NCBI GenBank assembly: GCA_951406725.2 | Contig: OX597818.1 | Coordinates: 139,810,001 to 139,874,000 of the forward strand | Direction of reading: 5' to 3' | Length of the DNA: 64,000 nt | From: Octopus vulgaris | Taxonomy: Eukaryota | Shown: positions 24,371 through 38,889 of the stretch, in pieces | How positions within the stretch are numbered: the first letter of the stretch is position 1 | Layout: the number at the start of each line of letters is the position of its first letter | Program-made: the position numbers and the translations under genes | Notes under the pieces: generated by a model | Databases searched by the model: none | What the model was told of the DNA's origin: nothing | The model's input: only the letters and a program-made list of their open reading frames with translations

Positions 24371-25349
24371 AGATGAAAAAAAAAAGGCTCAATGACAAGA
24401 AATCTCTCACATGCTTGGCTCCGTGTAGGGAACTCTACGACGTACGAATTGCGCAGTCTAAATGAACAAAAATGTACCACCTATACAATAATGGGAAAAG
24501 TTGTTTATTAATGAGTTGGAAGAATGTAACATTTACTTAAAGAAAGCAATTACTGTTGTCTAAATTGTCTTGAAAATTATTAAAAATTCCAATTTGAATA
24601 TGTTTTATTTTAATCAAAATATCGTTTTCAAGTTACTTTTCCACACAACGATTAATTTTTATTCATTACGAAATAACGATTTTTAAAATAATCTTACACT
24701 GCGCGATGGCTTTTATTAAGGTCGTACAGATTTATCTCTTTCTTTCCACATCCACTGTTGGTGTTATTGTAGTTCACATGCTGAGCAAAAAGGAAAAAAA
24801 TATATAATTTCCTATGTCTGTATATTTGTAGGTGTCAGCTTATATAAGTTATTAATCCGTAAATGTTCGATTGTATATGTTGACGGAGCTGAAATAAGCT
24901 ATCATGTGTTAGAATCAAAAGCAAGATATTTCAATATGATTTCTTCCAGTATATCATCCACTATCCTTTTCGTGATACCTTTAAAAAAATAATTTCTACA
25001 TCGAGATTATGAGTCTGTATCCTTAAAAAAAATATTTTAATTGATTTTGATTAAAGCAATTTCTAGAAAAATATACCGTTTGCTTTTGAAGAGTGTAAAT
25101 ATATATTCTGTTTGCATTTGGAAGTTTTAGCTGTTTTGCTTTCTGATAATTTGAAACTGACGTTTGAGTTCGAATTTATTAAAGATAAAATATGATTACT
25201 GTTATATTCTACTGAAATATATATTTTACAAAACAAAATATATTAATACACATACACTTTAAATGTGAACTAAGTATATACAAAAAAGAAATAATATTCA
25301 AACTATTTAAATGCAAATGAAATATATTTATTGTACAAAAATATATTTA

Positions 25350-26457
25350 TCTTATAATAATTCTGCTTGTCACCTCGTTACTTAGCCCGTCTGTAACGCT
25401 TTCGCATGATTAGTTGAAGGGAAACGATGTGCAACAGAAAAGAGGGAAAAAGAAATCCGAGAGAGAAAAAAGACGGAAAGAGAAAAAGAGGGAGAGAGAA
25501 GCGTCCATGATGTGAGTTAGTGGGAACGTAATTGTAACGCCTTCACGTTGTTGCTTAAAGGAAAAGTGAGAACAAGAGGGAGAAAAGAAATGAGAGGAAA
25601 AGAGGGAGAAAGAAAAAGACAGAGAGGAACGTCCATGATGTGAGGTAAGGGCAACTAATGTTTATTACATGGTTAAAAAAGTTAGTTGAAGGTAATGATA
25701 TAGAGGAGAATTAGTTAGGATTATAAGTTTAGCAGAGGGGTGATGTTCTGATGGTGAGGCTAAAGAAAGGCAGAGAGAGACAGAGAGATAGGAAAGGGGA
25801 GAGAGAGAGAAAGGGAAAGAGAGGACGGGGAGAGTGGGGGAGAGAGAGAGGAAGGGGAAGAGAGGACGGAGAGAGTGGGGGAGAGAGAGAGGAAGGGCGA
25901 AGAGAGAACGGGGAGAGTGGGGGAGAGAGAAAGAGAGATGGCGGTGGTGGTGTGGTAGTGGTAGTGGAGATGGTGGGAGTGGAGGCGATGGGGTGGCGGT
26001 GGTGAATGGACAGTGAAAAGCATATTTTATTTTTAATAATCGAACTGTTTTTTTTATCACTTAACGCATGCGCATAATTGCAATTCCGTGAAATATTCCC
26101 GCTTATTTACGTTGCAGCTGTATGCTATTTAACTAATGTCTCTATCATATGTACGGCGATGTATTTTTCTCAATGTTTATGGGAAAAGTGGAAAAATAAG
26201 AGTGGATATTTATTTTATGAGTGCTGTGTATTAAGTCTATAATACTGTGCATAAAGTATATAAAGTCTATATATTAAGTATATTTAGTAATCATCGTATT
26301 CGAATTTCTTTCACTTTTCAACGAATAGCAGATGAGCCAGTATCTTTCCATAGAAACACGATAAAGGCTACGCTTTGAGGCTTTTTGGATAAAGTATTCA
26401 GAAATAATCCAATAGGGTTTTCCCTTAATTTCGTGAAATATTCACGGGTCCCGCTAG
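25350..26457 (+). mobile_element. Non-autonomous Helitron, complete ends
   Basis: A|TC start at 25350; hairpin CGTGAA-ATA-TTCACG at 26432-46; CTAG|T end. Internal ~130-bp duplication and ~41-bp GA-rich tandem units. Confidence 0.8.
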
Positions 26458-26727
26458 TATATATAAATACGACTGTTTCAACTTTGATAAAATAAGGAGG
26501 GTACGCTCAGACAGTTTCTCTGTGTTGTACGCAAGTGTGCCAAACATACACACACATTAAACTAACATTTACACACATTAAAAACACCCTAGCATATAAA
26601 TTAATGGACTGGCCCATTATCTCGGTGTACAGAAATATATATATATATATAAGCATTATTCTTATTGGTAGTTATTATAATCATAAGCCATTGGAAAAAT
26701 AGTTATAAAAACAATAATAAAAGCGTT

Positions 26728-26987
26728 AATATTTGGTACAGGGCCAGACGTTTTTGAGGAGAAGGAGAAGCAGACAATATCGGCCCCAGCAATTTACTAA
26801 CACTTTTTGATATTTTTACCGAAAAGGAGAAGCAGACAATATCGGCCCCAGCAATTTACTAACACTTTTTGATTTTTTACCGACACGAAAAGGATGAAAA
26901 GCAAAATCGATTGGTGAAATTTCAGCTCAGAACGAATTGTCGCTCAGCAATTTTTCCGGTGTGCTCACGATTTTGCTAGTTCGCCTT
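26728..26987 (-). mobile_element. Old SINE family B copy with ~62-bp internal tandem duplication
   Basis: AGGAGAAGCAGACAATATCGGCCCCAGCAATTTACTAACACTTTTTGAT at 26763 and 26825; diverged B core. Confidence 0.75.
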
Positions 26988-27430
26988 GATGATGGAAATG
27001 ATAATAGTTTTTTTTATTTGCCATCAAGGCGACGAACATTTATTGAAAGATCTAAGGTGGATTATCTGTAACCATAGGTGGATAGAATGAAATTACAGCA
27101 AAGGGGTATTTCAAAACCGATTTCATACTACTTCCGGTAATTTCAATGCGATTTCAAGTTACCGGAAACAAAGCTGAAACAGGGGTGCGTTGGGGGTAAA
27201 CTGAAAGCGATAGACCAGCAGAATTTTGAAAAAAAGAAACAAAAAACGACAGAAGTGAACTTGTTCGTATGTCTGCTTGGTATGCTATAGACATTAGAAT
27301 ATACTTAGATGAGCTCTATTCTTTCTAGGATACTAAACCACTACGGAGAGGATGCACTGGCGTTATAAATGTTATAAACATATGCATAAATTCATACTTA
27401 CATATGTGTGTGTGTGTGTAAGATTATGAG

Positions 27431-27563
27431 ACCCATAGTAGACAAGTTACATAGTAGACAAAACCCATAGTAGACCCATAGTAGACAAGTTACATAGTAG
27501 AAAAAAACCATAGTAGACCCATAGTAGACAAGACCCATAGTAGACCCATAGTAGACAAGTTAC
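27431..27563. repeat. Minisatellite built from CATAGTAGAC modules
   Basis: Alternating ACCCATAGTAG and ACAAGTTACATAGTAG units. Confidence 0.9.
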
Positions 27564-28226
27564 AAATGCAATTAGACAAGTGATGACATGTGACTGCAAA
27601 AGCATTGAAATATAAAGCGAAATAAAACAATTAATGGACTTGTACAATGAAGATAAATACGCTAAATTAAGACACTGAAATGATTAAGAGTGCAAGAGAA
27701 AGGAGAAAGATATTTTATTCGCTTTTAAGAAGCTCATATTCATGGCAAATCTATAAAGATGTATACACACTGATATACGCATATTAACTTAAACTTTGAA
27801 AATGCTAACGGCATTTAGAGACCCAGCTCATACCATGAAGTAATTTAAATTATGTTAAAATCATATTGTATGCCGGTACTGCACACACAATTATGGCATT
27901 TTTGGTGGAAACATGATTTCAAACAAGGCACCTTTCCCTGTGTAAGTGATTTGTTTCGTTTCGAAGGAGGGAATTCTCTGAGTATCATTTGAAGGTTACA
28001 AAGACTTTTACTTCTTTGAATTTTTGGGGTTCATTATCAAATAAAGTAGGACCAGTTTAGGCAAAATAATGGTTCTACAGTTTATATTTGAAATATGAAT
28101 CAGAGTAGAGCAACGTGCATATGACACAGGTTCATTAGAATCTATGTATGTATGTATGTATGTATGTATGTATGTATGTATGTATGTATGTATGTATGTA
28201 TGTATGTATGTATGCATGTATGTATG

Positions 28227-28326
28227 TCATTATTCAGTTTATTTCAAGATTTCTTGCCAATAGAGAAAGAACCGGTTTCTAACCTAGATCCAAGGCTCTT
28301 TAATTAAAATTTCAACAGCAGCAACG
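28227..28326 (-). mobile_element. Short retroelement 3'-end-like insert in a (TATG)n array (array 28143-28675)
   Basis: Unique 100-bp island inside the array. The minus strand ends GAAATAAACTGAATAATGA then (CATA)n. Shares CTGTTGAAA..GAAACCGGTT with 15924-15957. Confidence 0.55.
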
Positions 28327-29143
28327 TTTTTGTATGTATGTAAGTATGTATGTATGTATGTATGTATGTATGTATGTATGTATGTATGTGTGTGTATGTA
28401 TCTATGCATGTATGTATGTATGTATGTATGTAAGTGTGTGTGTGTATGTATGTTTGTATCTATGCATGTATGTATGTATGTATCTATGCATGTATGTATG
28501 TATGTATCTATGCATGTATGTATCTATGCATGTATGTATGTATGTATCTATGCATGTATGTATGCATGTATGTATGTATGTATATATGTATGTATATATG
28601 TATGTATGCATGCAGGTATGTATGCATGTATGTATGTATGTATGTATGTATTTATGTATGCATGCGTACATGCATGAAGATGTGTGTGTATACATTGATA
28701 TATGTAAACAGACACACATACACACACACAGGTGCGTTTGTGGGATATATGTTTGCGCGTATCTGTATGCATCCAACTTCACTAAACAGGCACACTCTTC
28801 ACTCACGCTGATATCAGTTAGTACATTTACATAACACATTCAACATTCCATGATTTATCACTTCACCTCATACCCGGAGAAATTTAACATATACATTAGA
28901 TTCCCTGACAATATTTGTCACACTATCTTAGCCGTAAATCCAGCATCTTGCTAGTTTCAAACACTTGTTATCTTTGCCTAACCAAAACTGATATTTTAAT
29001 TTTAGTTTCACAAAAAATGCAGGCTCATCGTATAACCCCTTCTCTCCAATTCTATATCTCAAACAATTTTCCACCGTTTTAAAAAAATGTCCCAAATACT
29101 TACATATCTACTCCATTGCTCATATTACATGTATTTAAATATA

Positions 29144-29264
29144 TATATAATATTAATTAGAGTTTTGTCTCTAATTAATATTATATAATATTTTACTATA
29201 AAATTGGATTTAATCCTAAATCTGATTTTTTTTCCCTGTAAATTTGGATTTATTCCCTAATATT

Positions 29265-29270
<6 letters not shown>
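29144..29270. repeat. Perfect 19-bp-arm hairpin plus AT-rich repeat remnant
   Basis: TATATAATATTAATTAGAG-ttttgt-CTCTAATTAATATTATATA (29144-29187). Confidence 0.8.
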
Positions 29271-29325
<55 letters not shown>

Positions 29326-29876
29326 TGTGTGTGTGTGTAAAGTTTATTGTGTTGTCATTGTACCGTAGTAAATAGAAGTCATGGAAAGTATTCCATATGT
29401 TACCAAATAGAGCGAATCGCCCAATGTGTGATGGTGTTTGGCTTATAAAGGATACTGAATCAATATCAATATACTCAAATGTTCAGTATCGAAGCCGTAA
29501 CAGCTTAACTACTGGCATGTCTTCGTACCTATGACATAATTATACATTAGATCCAGTGATTATCATATTCTCAATTACATTCACAATACGAAAGTAAAAT
29601 ATAAGTCGCGCATATCGCAAGATTTTACCCGGCAATTTCATCATATAACTTACATTATACAACTGATAATGACTTTTGTTAATGAAACGCGCGTAAGCTG
29701 TTAGAATCTAATATCTTATGAGCAGTCTCTTTTATATCTTCTGACTCTGTCTTAATGCTCTCTATCTATCTCTATCTCCCTCTCTGTGTCTGTCTCTGTG
29801 TATCTGTCTGTTTGTCTGTCTGTCTTGGATGTGCATATACACATCCATATACACAGACATGTGTAACCACGAGCAC

Positions 29877-29944
<68 letters not shown>

Positions 29945-30624
29945 ACACACACACACGCACAAATGCCACACACATACACACACATGTATATTTAAGCCTA
30001 TTAGAATTTGAGGGGAACACTGGGCGGCAAAATTCACACTGAAATTCTTCAAAAGGCGATAAATACACCCCAAAATAAAAACTAGTGCAGAAATAAAGAC
30101 AAGACGGGAGCTTGTATTTTAAATCATATTTCAACATTTTGGGGGTTAAAACTCATTCATCAGAAGAAAATGAAAGGTGAGCATCGAGTGCTTATATTTT
30201 TCTCAGATTTGTGGGGAGGGTAGAGGTTGTGGCATGTACAGAATGGCATAATTATAACAGTAAATTTGACATCTCTTTTGTTTTTCTATGGATTTAGTGT
30301 GTGAGCAAGAAAGGTATTCATTGAGCGGTTTTTTGTTTCCTGGCGATGTTGTGTTAACACAAAAATATAGAAATAAAGGTGTAGTGCTACTCAGAGGGCA
30401 ATTCCGAATTATTGGCATTAGATAATGCTGGTCACTGTTGGTAGAATCCAAACATGGATGAGAAGGAAAGAAGGCAGGACAAAGTTATGCAGATAGTGTC
30501 CTACACCCGTTTCAAGAAGGCACAAGCAGATAATGCATTTCCTTGCAAGCTGTCGACAGCCAACAGTATAGTTGTGATTGACCAGATAATATTATTTATT
30601 CTATTACACACTCACGAACACCAA

Positions 30625-30667
<43 letters not shown>

Positions 30668-30730
30668 AATAACACATAATTGCACAAGTACACACAGGAA
30701 CGTTCACATACGCGTACATACGCAAAGAAG

Positions 30731-30776
<46 letters not shown>

Positions 30777-31077
30777 TACACTAATGAAATTCTTTCTACA
30801 TTTCCTTTTCCGTCTAATTCTTACAGCTAGTAATACCATATTATACACACCGAAGATCAAGGTAGTTTGTTTCAACAAAATATTTTCAACCTCAAGAAAA
30901 TACAATATCCTGTTGTTCATTAACGCTGTCAATTATGAAGTGAGGCGAAATTAATTAATGTACAGTTCGCAACCAGACACGAATAAGCATCTCTCCCATT
31001 CCCAATCCTCTCTTGCTTTCTCTTGCTTTCTCTTTCTTTCTGTTTAACGTTTACTTGAGGTATTTGTTTGACAGCTC

Positions 31078-31255
<178 letters not shown>

Positions 31256-31337
31256 TAGTCGGTGTGTCTTTATCTCTCTCTCGCTCGTTTATTTTATGTG
31301 TATGTATTTGTGTGTATACATATACACATATATGCAG

Positions 31338-31368
<31 letters not shown>

Positions 31369-31584
31369 CATATATGTGTATATGTTAATACACACACACA
31401 TGTATATATACAAAAGAAACATATGCACACACGCATACATAAATATGCTAGCGTACATACACACACACACACATATATATATATACATATATATATATAT
31501 ACATATAAGTACGTATATGTATATATCCATATACACAGGTATGTTGTTCATTCCGGTCATATACCCACTCTAATCAGCTTCTTT

Positions 31585-31653
<69 letters not shown>

Positions 31654-32203
31654 GCATACGTATATTTATAAAAGTACCTATCTATTTATTATCTGTTTGT
31701 CTATGTTTCTATCTTTCACATTGTCTATATTTCTTTATATTTCTTTCCTTTCTCCCTTACTTTGTGTGTCTCTCTCTCACTATTTTCCACCCATCACTCT
31801 ACACCTTTCTGTATCAGTTTCACTCACCGTAACGTCTCTCCTCACCTACATCTCTATGTCTCAATTCTCACTATCCAATCTTACCTCATCTACTTAACTA
31901 TCTAATCCTGATACTCTACTACGAATCTAGTAAACACCCGGCGGCCAAAGTAAAACATAAAGACCGAAGCAAATATAGAAAGGAAGAAAGAGAAAAGGAA
32001 ACGAGAAAAGTTAAGATTTTTCTTTTGATCTGGTTCTCAACAAGAGTACTTGTTTTGATTGTATTCAAATAGCTAGCACACAACACGATTCTCTTGCACT
32101 GACTATAAAGGGCTTTTACTTATTGCAAACGCTAATAGAACTTCTATTAAGTTTCATCAAAGAGTGCAAAAAAAAAAAAAAAAAACAGAAAAAATCTTTC
32201 AAA

Positions 32204-32288
32204 TTTTCGCGTGCCAATGAATATGAGCGCTCGTATAAAGGGAGTGAGTTAATTTCGCGAGAAGGCGTGTGACTGTTTGGAGGTAAGT
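32204..32288 (+). promoter_or_regulatory. Candidate Pol II core promoter and first splice donor
   Basis: E2F-like TTTTCGCG 32204-11, CCAAT 32214-18, TATAAAG 32234-40, TTTCGCGAGA 32253-62, GAG|GTAAGT at 32283. Locally CpG-rich. Motif evidence only. Confidence 0.3.
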
Positions 32289-32521
32289 GCCAATGTATGC
32301 AAATAAGTGTGCCACGGGTGTGTGAGTATAGAGGGGAAATAGAGAGAGAGAGACAGACAGACAGAAAAGAGAAAAACGGAGGGAGATGTGTGTGTGTATA
32401 TATATATTGTATATGTGTGTATGCTTATGTATAAGGATATATTTCCATAGGTCTCTCTCTCTCTGTATATATATATATATATATATATCATATATAACTA
32501 TATATGTATGTATGTATATAC

Positions 32522-32640
<119 letters not shown>

Positions 32641-32949
32641 AAATTTTACTGTGAAATTATAAGGGTTGAAAATTTAGAAAGTTTTTCATATCGGTGGTTA
32701 AGCATGCCGCACACGTGGAATTTCGGTGCATATTTGCTACATAATTATAGTCTTAGGCGATCCCACTGATAAAGTACAGATGACAAATTAACTTATTTGT
32801 TCATTAACACAAAAAACTTGAGTATGGGATTAACTGTAAATAAGTGTCGTTTTTATTCTCTTTGGAATTACTTTTTCGTGGTTAGGATTTGGCTGCCCAT
32901 TCTAGCACGTAAGGCGTCCAGTAAAGGATCGCAATTTTGTGTACGAATA

Positions 32950-32994
<45 letters not shown>

Positions 32995-33010
32995 TATATA
33001 TATATACATA

Positions 33011-33122
33011 GTAGGTTGAGGAAAAAGTTCGTGCACCGTGTTAAAAGGAACAAACACACCACAAAATATATATAAAAAAAAGATTAATTTAACACGGTAT
33101 ACGAACTTTGTCTCCAACCTAA
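33011..33122. mobile_element. MADE-like mariner MITE
   Basis: ~35-bp TIRs GTAGGTTGAGGAAAAAGTTCGTGCACCGTGTTAAA and TTTAACACGGTATACGAACTTTGTCTCCAACCTAA, with TA on both sides. Confidence 0.88.
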
Positions 33123-34162
33123 TATATATGCATACATACATTTACACATATACATGTTCGCGTATTTAAGAAATATCGCTAATACATTAAATCTTTCGAG
33201 TTTAGTTTATCTTAGTATATCTATTATTCCTCTACAGATTAGCATCCTCAACAATCATACATATATGTACACAATGACATGGTATATATTGCCAGGTGTA
33301 ATGGACCTTGTAAAAACGGGAAAAAATAACGGACCGTAAAATTGATTTGGGCAGTATAAGATTAAGAAAATATGTAGGAAAAGGAGAAATAGTTTTAAAA
33401 ACATAACTTATAACTAGGCATTCCTAACTATACTTTCAGAATTGTAATCTTTATATACCTATGTATGAATTTATGTATTTCAAGTTACTAGTAATAATGT
33501 AACCTAGTGCAACCAGCCGTAACTATTGTCGATAAGGAAAATGATTTTTGTTGGACATTCTGATGCAAATATATTAAGAAAATTCTTAAGCCTTTGTTAA
33601 AACATCCCTCTAAAGAAAATAAAAATTGATGCGACTTCGTTTGCATCCAAGGATATACACTAATCCTTCTTTGTAGAAAAATGGATATGTTATTCAGAGA
33701 GTGAGTTTGGCTCTGTGCAATGCCTTTCGTCACTGTAAAACGCTCCAGAAACGTGCATCGCTTAACTTTTATCATCTCTATTAACATCTCCATTATATGT
33801 TGTGTACTATCGCTGGTTGTAGCCAAAAGGGCAAAACACGTAGAGAACAATTCTATAACGGAATGAAGCCGTGTGTTGACCTGTGTTGTAAGCCTTCTGA
33901 ACATCTACTGCAAGAGGTACCCATGGTTATCAGAAATGCGCAAAGGTGTGTAACAAGATTGAAAATCCACATGCGTTAGGCTCGCGTTTAAGAGGAAAAT
34001 CAATCAGAGGCATTGGTGAAGTGGCAGCGATCAAATAGTAATGATCAAATGGTTATGTATGTATGCATGTCTGTCTGTCTGTATGTATGTATGTATGTAT
34101 GTAAGTATGTATGTATGTATGTATGTATGTATGTATGTATGTATGTATGTATGTATGTATCC

Positions 34163-34208
<46 letters not shown>

Positions 34209-34290
34209 GCAACTAACTATTTCTCTCTCTCCTTCTCTCTCTCCCCCTTTCTCTATCTCCCTCTCTCTATATATACATACATGAATACAC

Positions 34291-34323
<33 letters not shown>

Positions 34324-34576
34324 TATACACGCATGTCTTGATGCATGTAAGAATGTGTGCGCACACCTGAGTTACTGCATATGTATAACTTGTGCATCAG
34401 CATTGTTTGATTCCAAGATGAGCCGTACTACAGATTATTCTCATTATCTCAAGGATGCGTGATCAAAGTAAATCGATCTGAGTTTCTGGAAACATGGCAT
34501 CAGTGAACTTAGCATGCAATATCCCCGTGGCCATTCACAAAACATTTCTCAAATGAATATCTCTTATATTCCAAGT

Positions 34577-34984
34577 AGCTGGCAGAAACGTTAGCGCGCC
34601 GGGCGAAATGCGTAGCCGTATTTCGTCTGTCGTTACGTCGTGAGTTCAAATTCCGCCGAGGTCGACATTGCCTTTCATCCTTTATGGGTCGATAAATTAA
34701 GTACCAGTTACGCACTGAGGTCGACGTAATTGACTTAGTCCGTTTGCCTGTCCTTGTTTGTCCTCTCTGTGTTTTGCCCCTTGTGGGTAGTAAAGAAATA
34801 GGTATTTCGTCTGCCGTTATGTTCTGAGTTCAAATTCCGCCGAGGTCGACTTTGCCTTTCATCCTTTCGGGGCCGATAAATAAAGTACCAGTTACGCACT
34901 GGAGTTGATATAATCGACTTAATCCCTTTGTCTGTCTTTGTTTGTCCCCTCTATGTTTAGCCCCTTGTGGGCAATAAAGAAATA
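34577..34984 (+). mobile_element. SINE family B head-to-tail dimer (~184-bp period)
   Basis: One head, then two body+tail units joined at AAAGAAATAG|GTATTTCGTCTG (about 34801). Confidence 0.92.
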
Positions 34985-35725
34985 TATATTAGTGAATATT
35001 GACAGTGCACATCCAGCAACCGTGAACCCAAGCATATGCATTGAGCAAGTTAACTGCAGCTGTGGGTTTCGTTCGTTATGTTTCCCCGATCAGAATTCTA
35101 AAGAAAAACCTTAGTCTAAAAACTGATTGTCGGCTATTTCTCAGGGCTGGCCATGCACAATGACTTATATTGGTGAATGTAAGGGAACTCTTAAAAGAGT
35201 CAATTAATGTCCCGAATTTTCATTCATAAACTAATAGGGAGTGATATAGTGTCCTCGAATTACCTATGACAATTAAGAGAGAGTGATGCATATATAAAAA
35301 AATATTATACTGTATATTATTAGTATGTAGCAATAAATATATACCAAGTCGTACTTTTTGCAAATGCTTTAAAATAGGAAACTACCAAGTTTTATTCGAG
35401 ACATTGCAAAATTTTATAAGAATGAAAAAAGTACTTACGCTCGGGAGAATAAACTTTACTTAGAACGCTTGAACAAAGTACTTGAACTACATTGAAGCGA
35501 CAGATTTGAATTACAGTTCAACTGAAAGTTTACAAACGGCCTCGTCAGACATAAGTACCCAGAATGGCCCTGTAGACCGGTATCAGCCGTTAATACTGAA
35601 ATTGCTTCTACAAGCCGGTTCTGTCCTGTGATTGTCTTCAACCCTAGCATAACTTAAGATAAAAGAAATTCGTTGCTGGAGATCCAGTAAGAGCACTATA
35701 CACACGAACACGCACATACACACAG

Positions 35726-35766
<41 letters not shown>

Positions 35767-36848
35767 ATATGCATATATTTGTGCGTGTGTTTATATATAT
35801 ATGTCTATATATATATAGGTATGTGTGTGTGTACCTATGGACATGATGCTGATATATATATATATGTGTATATATATATATATATGTATGTTCGTACATA
35901 TGTACGTATGTATGTATGAACGTATGCAATTATGTATGTTTGTATTTAATGATATTATATTTTATGTTATATGAAAAAGTTTCCTCGATATCCTTTTATT
36001 AACAATATTAAATATTTTGTTAATTGCTTGCTACTCACGATTTCACTTCTCCCATTTTCAGATTACTGTTTATAAGAATGTTGTAGCTAATTCTATGCAC
36101 CGGTATTTTCATAACATACTTTTCTGATTTCTACTCAAAACAAATTAACTTAAACATTCAAGGTTCATAGAGACTGAAAACCTGAGTTAACGTTGATAAC
36201 AAAGAACACAGAATAAAAGTTTGTTAAGGTAGCATATGGAGTATATGATAACTGGGTTGGGTCGCAATTGTGGGGTTGGAGACACTACATACTTGGAATG
36301 TTTTCATCTTTTCTGTTGCATTTTAGGCGATAACAAAGGACGATAAAAAATTCCAATGCTGGTAGAGGGTGTTTGTATTTCTAGTTGCGTGTAAGAATAT
36401 CAAGAGTCGGCCTTAAATATTTTATCATTTAATGATTGTTTGATGATGAAGATAATAGATAAGTTGTTCCATTGAACGTTGTGGGTAGGGAAGATTTCTC
36501 ATGCTTAACATGTGATGATAGGTTGCAGGCCAGGTCATGAACACAAAAAGACATTGACCTTTCGGTATCTATTGTTTGCTGAAGTATGAGAAACGAAGGT
36601 TTAGAAAATATACATGCATACATACACACATGCACAGATATATGCGTATGGCTATATACGTTTCTGTTTATTTTTATGCAGTTATATAGAAAAAGTTAAA
36701 CATTAATTGAGAGACCACTGAATAGATTTAAGCAAAGTTTTACATCTACTTTATTTTAACTAACAATAAATTGACACTAACATTGGTTTATCAACCCAGA
36801 CGAATGCAACTGATCCAGAACTCTGAAATTACTATCATCATATTACCT

Positions 36849-36962
<114 letters not shown>

Positions 36963-37014
36963 AACACACTCAATCATAGACACATATACGCACCTCTATA
37001 TGATTTTTGTACTC

Positions 37015-37052
<38 letters not shown>

Positions 37053-37067
37053 GTCTGTCTGTCTGTG

Positions 37068-37110
<43 letters not shown>

Positions 37111-37397
37111 ATGTATGTATGTATGTATGTATGTATGTATGTATGTATGCTTGCTTGTATGTATGCAGCAACACTGATATCAAAAACATCAAAAGCAACC
37201 AACATAATTCGACAATTATTATAAAATATGTTAATTTTGAAAAGTTGGTTTCAGAAAGAAATATTTTTTTAGGGAGGAGGAAATACGATGGACGATTAAG
37301 CAGCAGTATCCTGGGATTACCATATAAGGGGATGAACGGGAACGAATGGATGATGTCGCTGTTGTATTTTCGCGGGTCATCAATATATATATATATA

Positions 37398-37703
37398 TCA
37401 CGTGATCACGTGACCGACCAGACCATCAGATGTTGTTACACATCGCTGGTCACAATGCATTTTGCATTGTATTAGCCTTCGAATGACGCCACCCCGCTGG
37501 CTAAGCGAGCAGGCCAACAGAAGAAAGAGTGAGAGAAAGAGTGGTGAAGGAGTACAGCAGGGATCACCACCATCCCCTGCCGGAGCCTCGTGGAACAATT
37601 AGGTGTTTTCGCTCAATGAACACACAACGCCCGGTCTGGGAATCGAAACCGCGATCCTACGACCGCGAGTCCGCTGCCCTAACCACTGGGCCATTGCGCC
37701 TCC
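37398..37703 (-). mobile_element. SINE family C head with an alternative 3' tail
   Basis: Matches C copies over 37703-37525, then continues GGCCTGCTCGCTTAGCCAGCGGGGTGGCG..CTGATGGTCTGGTCGGTCACGTGATCACGTGA. Confidence 0.88.
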
Positions 37704-37704
37704 A

Positions 37705-37742
<38 letters not shown>

Positions 37743-37779
37743 ACATATATATATATATATACATATACGTATAAACATG

Positions 37780-37823
<44 letters not shown>

Positions 37824-37849
37824 TGTATGCATCTATGCATGTATATATG

Positions 37850-38143
37850 TGTGTATACGTGCAGATTTATATGTTTTGTTTTATTTATGTTTTCTCATGC
37901 ATATACTTGCATTTCTAGACATTTTCATATATATATTTAAATGATAAACTTCTGGAAAGTTTTACAGATCTTTACAGTTCCAGTGATGAACTGGATACGT
38001 AGTCTTCGAATTAGCTTTCTCCTTCCTGGTTTTGAGAAGCCTATCTTCTCAAGATTTGTATTTAGGCGGTGTGTTACATGTCTCAGTGTTGCAATAATTA
38101 CAGGTATAAACCTGAACTTGTAATTTGGATAGAGTAACTGCAT
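37850..38143 (-). mobile_element. R4/Dong-type non-LTR retrotransposon ORF C-terminus plus start of 3' UTR
   Basis: [48 protein letters not shown], matching the P.IIG.LG...L..LG...GT.KI end of RLE ORFs. Confidence 0.75.
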
Positions 38144-38297
38144 GTGTGTGTGTGTGTGCCTGTGTTAATGCATATTATATATTTATGCATGTATATATAT
38201 ATACATATATATGTATATACATACATATACATACACACACATACATATATATGCATGTATATATATATATATAAATATGTATATATATATATATATA

Positions 38298-38349
<52 letters not shown>

Positions 38350-38364
38350 CGTATGCACACCCAT

Positions 38365-38516
<152 letters not shown>

Positions 38517-38889
38517 TTGTTTATATATGTGTATTCTTCGTTTCAATGTGTAACATAATCTGCTAGAGTTTCAAACCAGAATATATTGGTATTCTAAATG
38601 TTTACATAACAGACTCTGGCATTCCAGCAATGAACTAAATAAAATGTTAAAAATCCTGAAAATAAGTGCTACGGAGTCTCGGAGGTTTGAGCAATTTTCT
38701 TTATTGTTTGTTACTACTCCCACCGCTACCGCAATTATCCCCACGATTACTATCATGGTCATTACGGCAACCAGTATGAAACGCAAGCAACTACCCCGAA
38801 AGTGTCGTTGGAGTCAGCAACAGTAGCAACAACAAGAGAGGTCACAGCGATAACAACGGCAATAAACCAGTGTAAAATAAAGGCGAGAT

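Noticed and set aside
35520-35556. CUGACGA on the minus strand
   Set aside because: No complementary stem II followed by GAAA could be found.
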